Source of the DNA: Eledone cirrhosa | Lineage: Eukaryota | DNA length: 64,000 nucleotides | Direction: 5' to 3' | Assembly: GCA_964016885.1 (NCBI GenBank) | Contig: OZ024755.1 | Coordinates: forward strand, 32,984,001-33,048,000 | Part shown: positions 12,946-25,949 of the stretch, piece after piece | How the letters are laid out: every line of letters begins with the position of its first letter | Position numbering within the stretch: the stretch's first letter is position 1 | Notes under the pieces: model-generated | The model's database searches: none | What the model was told of the DNA's origin: nothing | The model's input: only the letters and a program-made list of their open reading frames with translations | Translations under genes and position numbers: made by a program

Positions 12946-13371
12946 CACCACCACAACACCCCTCCCACTCTCACCAAGCGTGAAATAACACTAATATCAC
13001 TATGTAACATTTTCTCCTGCGTTTGTTTGTTATTTCGAACTATGTATATATATATTAATGAAGGCATACGGCTGAGTGCTTAGAGAATTGGATTTGCAAT
13101 CGTGAGGTTGTGAGTTCGATTCCCAGACTGGGAAATGTGTTATGTCCTTGAGCAAGACACTTTATTTCACGTTACTCATCCTACCTGGATTTGAGAACGA
13201 CAGATAGTATTAGCAATTGGAAAGACCAATGGAAACATTGTTTCCTCAGTCCGATTGGATGAGCTCCACCTTGTTAAGTGAATGAAAACCACAAAGTTAC
13301 TAAGACAAAACCTATATATTTGCTAGCATAGGTATGCATCTGTATATATATGTTGGTAGATATACTAATTC

Positions 13372-13408
<37 letters not shown>

Positions 13409-13451
13409 TCACCGTATTACGTCCTTTTTTACATGCTTGCATGGGTCATAT

Positions 13452-13499
<48 letters not shown>

Positions 13500-13732
13500 G
13501 AGAAAACACAGGTAAGCATTAAGAGAAGGATTTAATCCAGGTATTTACGACCGTTTCATTGGTAAGTGCAACCTTATATTGCTATACTGCAAATAGCAGC
13601 CACTTAATTATAATTGTTGTTCACAGTCCAAATTTTCAAAATAGTGAGTTACTCTTGACGTACGTTGAAACCATCCATGAAACTCGCTTTCTTAACCAAA
13701 AACTGGATTACAATAAGCAATTTTTTGCTTCT

Positions 13733-13792
<60 letters not shown>

Positions 13793-13869
13793 TTTCCGTT
13801 ATTTTTCCAGCCTCACTTCCAATTTTTAACAGATCTTAAATCTCATTTCATATTTTTTATCCATATCAT

Positions 13870-13937
13870 CTCTGTCTGATGAACAATCCAGACATATATC
13901 AATATTATCTAGGATCCAGAAACCTTTGGTAATGGAG
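13870..13937 (+). ncRNA. Type I hammerhead ribozyme motif (same family as 36504)
   Basis: CTCTGT-CTGATGA-stem II-GAAACC-TTT-GGTA-ATGGAG. Confidence 0.65.
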
Positions 13938-14380
13938 TAGTTATATTTTGTGTTGTTCACTTTCTAATTAAACAGCTCTGTTCTATACATAGAGCACTCT
14001 TTTTTCCTTTGCTTTTTCTTCAGAATTACCTAACACACACACACACGTGTGTGTGTGTGAGTGTGTGTGTGTGTATGTACGCGCACATATATATTGTGCA
14101 GACGTTAAGGCCGATGGTTTTATTCCGAAAATCAAAATTAACATAAAGAGTTAATAATTAATGAATTTAGCTGTTGAGAAAGAGAGAGTTGTAAAGATTG
14201 ACGGGCCATTAGGTTTTTACAATGGCTGATCACTCTTGAAAAATACAGTTTTATAGAAGATACAATGAAAGATATCGTACGTGAAAATGATAGAGAGTGG
14301 GAAGAAGGAAGTTACGAGGGAGAGAGAAGTAATAATGTGAGAATCCAAGAGAAAGACATATGTGTGTGTGTGTGAGTGTA

Positions 14381-14428
<48 letters not shown>

Positions 14429-14536
14429 TACGTACACTCACACACATTATATATATTTGATACATATTTATCCTTATCGAGCCCTCTTCGGATTTTAGTC
14501 TTCACATTTATTATTATTACTATATATATATATATT

Positions 14537-14911
14537 TATATTTTGGTTAAAAAGGCACCAGGTAAATTTAATAAATATCTTTATATATAAAATCCCTAAT
14601 ATTACATCAAGGTTGACTATACGGAATGACCAGATCTATCCAGTGGTGGATCAACAAGCCTAAATATATATATATATATATATATTAAGAGAGTAAAACA
14701 AAGAAGCCTTCAATACATCAAAAGTCTTTATTAGCCGACAATGTTTCGTCCTATTAAGGACTCATCAAGGCAATTCAAACAACAAGAAGTAATAACGGCA
14801 GACACAAGCCAGAAGCTCCAAAGAATATGGAGTGTACATATACTAAAGTATTGCAAAAATATATAATAAAAATAATAAAAATATATAATGAACACGCTCC
14901 AGTATTTTAAC

Positions 14912-14948
<37 letters not shown>

Positions 14949-15072
14949 GGCTTGTTGGTTCACCACTGGATAGAACTGGTCATTCCGTATAGTCAACCTT
15001 GATGTAATATTAGGGATTTTATATATAAAGATATTTATCAAATTTACCTGGTGCCTTTTTAACCAAAATATA
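14537..15072. repeat. Inverted repeat with ~130-bp arms and a ~275-bp spacer
   Basis: 14537-14666 is the reverse complement of 14941-15072 with few mismatches. Confidence 0.85.
14734..14771 (-). ncRNA. Minimal hammerhead ribozyme (C3U variant)
   Basis: GCC-TTGATGA-GTCC-TTAATA-GGAC-GAAAC-ATT-GTC-GGC on the minus strand. Confidence 0.75.
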
Positions 15073-15111
15073 CCTGAGAAAGAGAGCTTCAGACAGAGAA
15101 AGAGAGAGAGA

Positions 15112-15168
<57 letters not shown>

Positions 15169-15170
<2 letters not shown>

Positions 15171-15498
15171 AGGCACATGGCTTAGTGGTTAGAGCATTAG
15201 AAAGGTTGTGAGTTCAATTCTCAGACCGGGTGATGTGTTGTTTCCTTAAGCAAGACACTTTATTTCACATTGCTCCAGTTTACTTAGCTGTAGAAATGAG
15301 ATGATAGGGACTGGGGTCCCTATCATTCCACTGCAAAGTGGTCGTGGAGGTGCCACAGCAAAAAAGCACCCAGCACTCACTGTAAATGAGGTTGGTGTTA
15401 GGAAGGGCATCCAGCTGTAGAAATCAAGCCAAAATCAGTTCCTGTCCCACCCTTGCAAGCAGGGAAAAGTGGACGTAAAATGATGATGATGATAATGA
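15169..15498 (+). mobile_element. SINE family A
   Basis: Consensus match with a small deletion in the head. Confidence 0.85.
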
Positions 15499-16076
15499 TA
15501 TGTATGTAAAAGGTAAACAGAAATAAGAACACAATCAGTACAGTATATGGAAGGTATATATTAGGTTAACGCTCGACGTAATGCAACTCACCCGTCTTCG
15601 TTTGCGTTGTTGGTATAGTGCTTGCTAAGGAGATCAAAATGCGGTATTCTTTTTCATTATTCAAAACATATTTGGATTTTAACGTTTAAACCTGTCTACA
15701 GAACAGGTTTGATTTTGAAATTTAAATTTGTCCAAGCACTACGGCCATTGCCAATATGATTTGTTTTTATTGATTTATTATCTTAAATCGAGACAGGCAA
15801 AATGTATTATTATTATTAGTATATTTCAATCTAGCTAACCTGGTCATTTACAATACAAATATGAATATGTTGGTATTTGTGTTTATCAAATATATTAATT
15901 TATATTAACTTGTATTACACGGCTCAGAAATACTTCTTTCTTTGAGCTATTTCATTGTAAAAGACTGCCTGAGTTTTGAACTCATTATTATTGATAGTAT
16001 ATATGTATATATATAGATATATGAATATATATGTATATATATATATATATGCATATATATGTATATATATATAGAT

Positions 16077-16516
16077 AATTAAGTTAAAAATGTACATCCA
16101 TATATGTATACTGAAATACTAGTATGCATATGAATACACACACGTATACATATGTAGATGTACCAAGTCTTTCACTGGTTACTTTACTGTGAGTATCCAG
16201 CTATTCTGTATGTAAACACACAGACAAACCGGTTTTTAGAGTCATACTGGTTTTTGAGGAAACACCTTTCCTCTATTCTCCAGAAAGCCAGACAGCCTTG
16301 TCTGGCTTTCTGGAGAATAGAGGAAAGGTGTTTCCTCAAAAACCAGTATGACTCTAAAAACCGGTTTGTCTGTGTGTTTACATACAGAATAGCTGGATAC
16401 TCACAGTAAAGTAACCAGTGAAAGACTTGGTACATCTACATATGTATACGTGTGTGTATTCATATGCATACTAGTATTTCAGTATACATAGGTGGATGTA
16501 CATTTTTAACTTAATT
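16077..16516. repeat. Near-perfect palindrome with ~218-bp arms and a 4-nt loop
   Basis: Centre AGCCAGACA-GCCT-TGTCTGGCT; mirror-image ORFs 16158+ and 16184-. Confidence 0.95.
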
Positions 16517-16589
16517 GTTTAAGCGTCAGTCATACAAAAGTGAGTTACAAACGAAACGAAATTTAATTTCGTTTCGTTATTTGTTTTTA

Positions 16590-17005
16590 TATATAGATAG
16601 ATATATGAATATAAATGTATATATATAGATAGATATATGAATATATATGTATATATATAGATATATGAATATATATGTATATATATATATATATATATGC
16701 ATATATATGTATATATATATAGATATATTAATATATATGTATATATATAGATAGATATATGAATATATATATATGTATATACATAGATATATGACTATAT
16801 ATGTATATATATATATGCATATATATGTATATATATAGATATATGAATATATATGTATACATATATATATGCATATATATATGTATATGAATATATATGT
16901 ATACATATATATATGCATATATATATGTATATGAATATATATGTATACATATATATATGCATATATATATATATGTATACATATATATATGCATATATAT
17001 ATGTA

Positions 17006-17036
<31 letters not shown>

Positions 17037-17045
17037 GCATATATA

Positions 17046-17092
<47 letters not shown>

Positions 17093-17406
17093 GCATATAT
17101 ATATAAGCATATATGTATGTATATATATATATATATATACATATATATATGCATATATATGTATATATATATATATACATATATATAAATATATATGTAT
17201 ATACATATATATATATGCATATATATGTATATACATATATATATATGCATATATATATATATATATATATATATGCATATATATATATATATATATGCAT
17301 TTACGTATGTGTATGTATATACATGTATATAAGCATATACATATGCGTGTATTTATATATGTGTATATACACAAAGATATGTGTGCATTTATGTACGTGA
17401 ATATGT

Positions 17407-17462
<56 letters not shown>

Positions 17463-17566
17463 GTGGGCGGAGAAGACAGGGGTAGTGTGATGCTGAGTAA
17501 CGTGCTCTATGTGTATACATGTATATACACATAAAGATATGTGTGCATTTATGTACGTGAATATGT

Positions 17567-17640
<74 letters not shown>
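16590..17640. repeat. Compound (TA)n/(TATG)-type microsatellite with a ~180-bp local duplication
   Basis: Low-complexity sequence; GACAGGGGTAGTGTGATGCTGAG is repeated near 17475 and 17655. Confidence 0.9.
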
Positions 17641-17642
<2 letters not shown>

Positions 17643-18236
17643 GTGGAGGGAGGGGACAGGGGTAGTGTGATGCTGAGTAACGTGCTCTATAGAAATACCC
17701 AGTAATACATACATTCAATAACAACTGTCAGTCGCGATACATACAATCTCTTAATGTGGCTACAAAAATCATAGTGGTTATATTTTGATAGATTTCCTTT
17801 GTACACAAGTTAATCCCATTAGCAATGCATCTCATGTTAAACACATATACATATATGATTTCATAGAGGCTTATTAAAAAGACATATTTGAACATTTCTT
17901 TAAGCTCGTTACATTCGTCTCACTCGTATACGTTATCCAGAATTGTTTCATAATTCATCAATAATTATTTGATGGCAGGAAAAACGCTAAAAATATGGAC
18001 ATCTTGCATGACAAGATTAATGTGATATTATTTGAATTATTGGAGTTTTATTGTCGCAAAGATTTGCCTCCTACAATTTGTGCGCGCAATCTAAATTATC
18101 TCTTCCAAAATAAATCTCGACATTGAACATGTTTGGGTATTTAATAAATATCTACATACATACTTACGGACGGATAACATCTATAAGAAGTTGGACGTCT
18201 ATACACAAACACGCAACTCGGATGTGAATGTCTGTG

Positions 18237-18897
<661 letters not shown>

Positions 18898-18972
18898 AAA
18901 GGAATATATATATATATATATATATTTTTCAAAATATTAATAAATCAAAAATTTTCTCATAACCAAAGTATA

Positions 18973-19035
18973 TATTCTATTATACATATTTCAAAGGTAC
19001 AATGGTGTTTCAATACGTTTTCATCAGATAAAATA
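18973..19035 (-). ncRNA. Type I hammerhead motif (family of 22611)
   Basis: TATTTTAT-CTGATGA-AAACGTA..GTACCTTT-GAAA-TATGTA-TA-ATAGAATA on the minus strand. Confidence 0.65.
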
Positions 19036-19843
19036 TATGAGAGACTGGATATGCGACATATTGCTAAGGTTTTGATTATTCAATTCCTGTAGTGGTAGTA
19101 TATATATATATATGTGTATATGTATATATAAATATGTATATATGTATATGTATATATATGTATATGTATATATAAATGAAAATAGAGAAATTAATGTAAG
19201 CAAGATGCCCACAATAATTCAGGCATATAAGTGACTATACCATCAAGATGAACAACATTTTTAATGTAAGATATCGGAAAAGTAATACAATCTTAATTTA
19301 AAACAAATCAAGAAGATAAACTTTATCCTCAGACTTTGTGTAAGTTGGGGGAAAAGCAGTACAATTGTGTAAGTTGGGGGAAAAGCAGTACAATCTTAAC
19401 TCAAAATAAAATCAAGAAGAAATACTTTACCGTCAATTTGGGGAAAACTACAAATGCACTAAGTTATGTATTTATGAGTTAAGAATAATGTAAATAAATT
19501 ACAGAGGTTATTGAAGTCAACAATAATTAAATATAAACATGCACGCATCCATATATGTACATACACGTGCATACGTGAAAACACCCGCCATGGGTATGCA
19601 TGTCCAAGCACGTAGACAAAAACATGCGCACACATACAAAAACCCACGCAACACCTGTACCCGCACACATACGAACGTATACACCAAATACACATAAAAA
19701 TATATATTGAAAAAAAAAAATATATATATATATATATATGTGTGTATGTGTGCGCGTGTATACATATAATTATATACCTGTCTTCCTTCGGTTGCAACGT
19801 TTTTCGAAATATTTACTTCTGCGTTCACAAATTGATTTTTTTT

Positions 19844-19894
19844 AGTTTCAGAAGATCCCGTTAAGGGTGAAAGCAGCGATTCTTTGCTTAAACT
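19844..19894 (+). ncRNA. Hammerhead-like motif with a variant CAGAAGA core
   Basis: AGTTT-CAGAAGA-TCCC-GTTAA-GGGT-GAAA-GCA..TGC-TT-AAACT; second copy at 34243-34293 (-). Confidence 0.5.
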
Positions 19895-20062
19895 TTAATC
19901 TGTTATTTTAATAAATATTTGCTCTACGGCTCTTATATATTTGATATATATTCATCCTTATTGAGCCCTCTTTGGATTTTAGTCTTCAAATTTATTATTA
20001 TTACTATATATATATATATATAATATGTATGTAATTATATATATATATATAATTATATATAG

Positions 20063-20527
20063 ATTGGGAAGCGCGGAGTTGGGAGACCCGAGAAGACCTG
20101 GGATGAGGTGATAAAAGCTGACCTTACCCAATTACACCTCTCAAAGGCGATGACACACGACCGTGTCCTCTGGCGTCATGCAGTAATACAGAGTACCCGA
20201 CCTCCCATGGGTACAAGCTGAAGCATATAGACAATATGCCCCCACACCCTCCCACTGCAAAGTGGTTGTGGAGGTGCCATGGCAAAAAAGCACCCAGCCC
20301 ACACTGTAAAGTGGACATGTAGGCGCCACAGAAAAACGCACCCAGCACTCACTGTAAATGAGGTTGGTGTTAGGAAGGGCATCCAGCTGTAGAAATCAAG
20401 CCAGAATCAGTTCCTGTATGAGCAAGGCATGGTCAGCCGGCCAGACACTGCCTACAACAGGACAACCCGTCTAACCCATGCTAGCATGGAAGACCGGACG
20501 TAAAACGGTGATGATGACGATGATGAT
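20063..20527 (+). mobile_element. 5'-truncated RTE LINE 3' end
   Basis: Encodes GRPEKTWDEVIKADL, then a UTR shared with the SINE A tail; same subfamily at 23252-23658 (-). Confidence 0.75.
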
Positions 20528-20532
20528 ATATA

Positions 20533-20746
20533 TAACAAAGGAATTGTGGTAAGGAACTAGATGGACCATAACCCACCAGAGTACTCAATACTTAGGGTAG
20601 TAGAGTGGGTAATAGGAGAAAGTATGACCCCGAAGGCACAGCTCAAGCCGTTTCGACAGCTATTTTTTTTTTACTAAAGTCAGGAAATAGTCCAGAAATA
20701 GCCGTCGAAACGGATTGAGCTCTGCCGTCGGGGTCATAGTTTCTCC

Positions 20747-20750
<4 letters not shown>
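20533..20750 (-). mobile_element. Short fold-back element in (TA)n (Penelope pLTR-like), family D
   Basis: Homologous to 21720-21858, 27560-27760, 27782-27985 and 35978-36135; contains an internal inverted repeat. Confidence 0.65.
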
Positions 20751-20817
<67 letters not shown>

Positions 20818-21121
20818 ATATATATATATATATATGACCACCCATACAGCTGTATATATATATATATACACATGTAAGATTTAGTTCATTTCTGTGGTAT
20901 TTTATCATTTATAATTTTGTTTGCACAGTTGCGTTTATTTGATTACATTTGAATTTTTCATAAAAATGAATATATCTCCTAGATAACTTGGAGATTGTAT
21001 TACCAGCTGTGTTAAGCTAAAATCTCGTGTGTGTACATATATATGTATGTATATTTTTATATATTATATACACCTCTTATATATCTATAGAAAAATAATG
21101 TTTATAATATATATATACGTT

Positions 21122-21155
<34 letters not shown>

Positions 21156-21188
21156 CAATCATTTATATATATATATATATATACAATC

Positions 21189-21243
<55 letters not shown>

Positions 21244-21266
21244 CATTTATATATATATATACAATC

Positions 21267-21317
<51 letters not shown>

Positions 21318-21719
21318 CGTTTATATATATATACACATTTATATATATGCATGGAGATTGTATTACCAGCTGTGTTAAGCCAAAATCTCGCGTGTGTGTG
21401 CATATGTATGTATATTTTTATATATTATATACACCTCTTATATATTTATAAAAAAATTATGTTTATAATATATATATATACCTTTATATGTATATATATA
21501 TATACAAGCGTTTATATATATATAAGCGTTTATATATATATACACATTTATATGTATATATAGTTTAAATATATGTATGTATCGTTTATATATATGTATA
21601 TACTTATATATATATATATATATACATACATACGTTTATATATGTATATTTTTATATATATACATGGATATATTTATATCTATGGTTATATGTCTATATA
21701 TATATATATATATATATAT

Positions 21720-21858
21720 AACGAAGGAAATGTGGTAAGGAACCAGGTGGACCATAACGCACCAAAGTACTCAATACTTGAGGTAGTAGAGTGGGTAATA
21801 GAGTCCAGAATTAGCCGTCGAAACGGCTTGAGCTCAGCTGTCGGGGTCTTACTGGTTC
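21720..21858 (-). mobile_element. Family D fold-back element, internally deleted
   Basis: AACGAAGGAAATGTGGTAAGGAACC tail plus a GAAACGGCTTGAGCTC arm. Confidence 0.6.
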
Positions 21859-22610
21859 ATATATATATATATATATATATGTTTATATGTATATATATAT
21901 CTATGTTTATACGTATATATTTATGTATATATGTTTATATATATTTATCTATATATGTTTATATATATATTTATGTATGTATATTTGAGTTTGTGTGTGT
22001 ACTCAATGTTTAGAGAAACAACTAGACATAAATGTATATGCAATAGCAATGTGAGATATATAAATATAATATCTGCTGATATGACGAGTTCTTACATACC
22101 CTGGCAGCATTAATATAATGGATATAGAAATAATTTCCAATAATATTTCTTGCAAGCAGGTAAAAGCAGACATATGATGATGATGATGATGATGATGAAT
22201 AGTAACTGGTCACATATTATACAGAGGTACTCATCAATAAAAAATATCTAAGATGCAAAATATATTCCACTTCACGACTTTCTACTCGCCTAGAAGATGA
22301 ATTGATTATAAGTAGGGCTGAGGGGCTGCCAACACGTGGGACCCCATTTGCTCACCATACAGAGAGATGGGGAGGGCGAGAGAGGTGGGAGTTCAGCTCT
22401 TCCGTGTTTGGACACATTGCACCTGTCTAGAGTGTATATTGATGTACAATTTCGGGTTTGTTCTAAACGTGTGCCCACATTTGCGGCATTCAGATGAGAA
22501 ACATTGAACACAACCTGCATATCAGTTTAGCGACTTTTTATATATATATGACTGCCAATACTGGAATTGAATAATCAAAACCGTAGCGGTATGTCACATA
22601 TCAAATCTTA

Positions 22611-22673
22611 TATTTTGTCTGATGAAAACGTACTTAAACACCATTGTACCTTTGAAATATGTATAATAAAATA
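22611..22673 (+). ncRNA. Type I hammerhead ribozyme motif
   Basis: TATTTTGT-CTGATGA-AAACGTAC..GTACCTTT-GAAA-TATGTA-TA-ATAAAATA; 8-bp stem I. Confidence 0.7.
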
Positions 22674-22738
22674 TATATTTTGATTATGAGAATATTTTTC
22701 ATTTGTTAACATTTTGAATAATATATATATATATATAT

Positions 22739-23062
22739 GAAGGCACATGGTTTAGTGGTTAGAGCATTGGCCTTGCAATCAAAAGGTTGTGAGTTCAATT
22801 CTCAGACCGGGTGATGTGTTGTGTCCTTGAGCAAGACACTTTATTTCACATTGATCCAGTTTACTCAGCTGTAGAAATGAGATGATAGGGACTGGGGTCC
22901 CTATCATTCCACTGCAAAGTGGTCGTGGAGGTGCCACGGCAGAAAAGCACCCAGCACTCACTGTAAATGAGGTTGGTGTTAGGAAGGGCATCCAGCTGTA
23001 GAAATCAAGCCAGGATCAGTTCCCGTTCTACCCTTGCAAGCAGGGAAAAAGTGGACGTTCAA
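22739..23062 (+). mobile_element. SINE family A
   Basis: Consensus match. Confidence 0.85.
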
Positions 23063-23121
23063 ATGAAGTCGGTGTTATAACGGTATGTCGAACCTATTTG
23101 TCTATAAAACTGTTTATATTG

Positions 23122-23187
23122 TATTTTGTCTGATGAAGGCATAGCATATTGTTAATATGATATCCCCGAAATATATATAATGAAATA
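23122..23187 (+). ncRNA. Type I hammerhead ribozyme motif
   Basis: TATTTTGT-CTGATGA-AGG..CCC-GAAA-TATATA-TA-ATGAAATA. Confidence 0.7.
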
Positions 23188-23251
23188 GATATGGTTTTAT
23201 AAATATAGTTTTCCATTTATTTAATATTGTATATATATATATATATATATA

Positions 23252-23658
23252 TCATCATCATCATCATCATCATCACCGTTTTACGTCCGTTCTTCCACGC
23301 TAGCATGGGTTAGACGGGTTGTCCTGTTGTGGGCAGTGTCTGGTCGGCTGACCATGCCTTGCTCATACAGGAACTGATCTGGCTTGATTTCTACAGCTGG
23401 ATGCCCTTCCTAACACCAACCTCATTTACAGTGAGTGCTGGGTGCTTTTTCGTGGCGCCTACACGTCCACTTTACAGTGTGGGCTGGGTGCTTTTTTGCC
23501 GTGGCACCTCCACGACCACCTTGCGGTGGGGGGGGGGGGGGGCATATTGTTTATATGCTTCAGCATGTACCCATGGGAGGTCGGGTACCCTGTATTACTG
23601 CGTGACGCCAGAAGTCACGGTCGTGTGTCATTGACTTTGAGAGGTGTAGTTGGGTAAG
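23252..23658 (-). mobile_element. RTE LINE 3' end
   Basis: Reverse complement of 20120-20527. Confidence 0.75.
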
Positions 23659-23896
23659 TATATATATATACTTGAGGATGGTTATAAGGGCACTAGGGTG
23701 TGCTTGGATACGATGGTTATAAGGGTACTAGGGTGTGCTTAGATCTGAATGAAACAGTACTAGTCCTGTAGAAGCTCCTTCTATAAAATAAAAAAATTTT
23801 ACTCTGCCATGTAATGAGTACCTTACTTACTGTGGTTATCCCTGACTCAACCCGGGACCTACATATATATATATATATATATATATAAACTCGCCA

Positions 23897-24150
23897 GACA
23901 TGTAGGTGTCACGACAAAAAAACACACAGTCCACGCTGTAATGTGGCCATGTAGGTAACACGGTAAAAACCTCCCAGTCCACACTGTAAACGTGGTCGGT
24001 GTTAGGAAGGGCATCCAGCCGTAGAAAACCCGCCAGACAGTCCTATACGAGCAGGTCAACCAATCTTGCCTCAAGTGGGAAAACTCCCGTCCAAACCCAT
24101 GCAAGCGTGGAAGATGGACGTTAAACGATGATGATGATGATGATGATGAT
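23897..24150 (+). mobile_element. RTE 3' UTR fragment
   Basis: Matches 3840-4078; (GAT)n tail. Confidence 0.7.
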
Positions 24151-24632
24151 ATAAAATTCCGTTATAACGAATATCATTACAATGATTTTTTCAGTATAAC
24201 AAAATTCTTTCAATCCCCGAAGTATTTTCCCTGAAGTTAATCAACAATTGTATGATGTTTCAGCTTCTTATAGGTGGGAAGTGCTGACATGGAAAATTAA
24301 ACTTGACATTTATTTAAAACAATCTTCCATCCTATCGTACAGCATTGATCAGTAAGCTACAATTCAATACCCAGGACAAGAACGCCATTCGGTATTTCAT
24401 GATGTAACTGTCAGATGGTGTCGGTCTTCCGTGAGAGAAGGTTTTTCTCAAGCAATCTGCGTCTCTAGTTGGTTTATATCAAGGCTCTGACACTCACACA
24501 TTGTAATAGCTTCAGTGAGAATATTTGTCACTTAAAATTTCAATAAATATGAAATCAGCTGTCGTTATAATTTACACTTTTTTACAAAGAAAATTTGATA
24601 AAAATCGTAGAGTAAAGCTTCAGACATTACTG

Positions 24633-24687
<55 letters not shown>

Positions 24688-24814
24688 AAGTTTTATTTAA
24701 ATTGTTGGGTTAACAACGAGTAAATATTTATAACTGATATAAAAGCACTCAACAAGTATTTGGAGTATATTTACGATATTAAATAAATGGAAACTATATT
24801 TATAAAACCATATT

Positions 24815-24880
24815 TATTTCATTATATATATTTCAGGGATATCATATTAAAAATATGTTATGCCTTCTTCAGACAAAATA
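24815..24880 (-). ncRNA. Type I hammerhead motif (family of 23122; CTGAAGA core)
   Basis: Reverse-complement homologue of 23122-23187 with N7 changed from T to A. Confidence 0.7.
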
Positions 24881-25170
24881 CAATATAAACAGTCTTATAA
24901 ATAGATAGATTCGACATACCTTTCAACTTCGACTTCTATTTGAAAAGTTGATTTGGTAGTGAAAAAATATTAGGGACAGTTATAAAAAGAAAGAAAGAAA
25001 AACGAAGAAAAAGAAGAAATGCATATATATATATATATATATATTTATTAAAATAACAGATTAAGCTCTACGGTTCTTATATATTTGATATATATTTATC
25101 CTTATCGAGCCCTCTTTGGATTTTAGTCTTCAAATTTATTATTATTACTATTATTATATATATATATATA

Positions 25171-25386
25171 TAGAAGTGGTTACACAACAGTTAGTTCACC
25201 ATACCAAGAACAATTGTTTCACCTTAGCGGATCCTCAGCTCGTAATCTTACGAGCTGAGGATCCGCTAAGGTGAAACAATTGTTCTCGGTATGGTGAACT
25301 AACTGTTGCGTAACCACTTCTACCTAACTCGTCCCATGGACTGAGTGCTCTACCACTACGGATATTACCTTCCATTGTTCTACCAC
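25171..25386 (+). mobile_element. Fold-back element (75-bp arms) plus 3' tail, inserted in (TA)n
   Basis: 25171-25245 is the reverse complement of 25248-25322; the tail contains GAGTGCTC. Confidence 0.8.
25251..25288 (+). ncRNA. Minimal hammerhead ribozyme (mirror copy on the minus strand at 25205-25242)
   Basis: CGAG-CTGAGGA-TCC-GCTAA-GGT-GAAAC-AATT-GTT-CTCG. Confidence 0.7.
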
Positions 25387-25949
25387 TATATATATATACA
25401 TAGTTGCATGTCTAGTCTGTTCCATGCAAGAAAGCCATTGAGTTCACCCCTCAAGAGACACAAAAATACAACATATTAAACAGAGGTTCCAGCATAATGT
25501 TACGCACAAACACACACACACATACATATATGTATAGATAGATATATACACATATATAGATATACATACATATATTTAGATATACATGATGGCTGCCCCC
25601 TCGTTATTGAGTATGGCCATTGCACGATATACCATTATTAATAATTATTAATTAATTCTATCATGCAATGCCTGTGCATGAAGATTTTTTTTTAAGTGAA
25701 GAAATACTGTGCACTGAGCCAATCCCACTCTCTGAGCGACAGCAGCTATAACCCGAAAAGAAGAAAAGATCAACATCATCGGTAACTACTGAGCCGCAGG
25801 TTTTATATCGGAGTTATCTCAGTTTCCTGAGTTGCCTTCTCCTAGACAAAGGCTAGGGGTCCTTCACTCCCAGTGGTTTAACCACGTGATCGGGTGTCCA
25901 GCCCGACCTTTTCTATGTCCCCGGAACTACCATAAAACATACTCGTTCA

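Noticed and set aside
16158-16435. Twin 83-aa ORFs on opposite strands
   Set aside because: A consequence of the DNA palindrome, not genes
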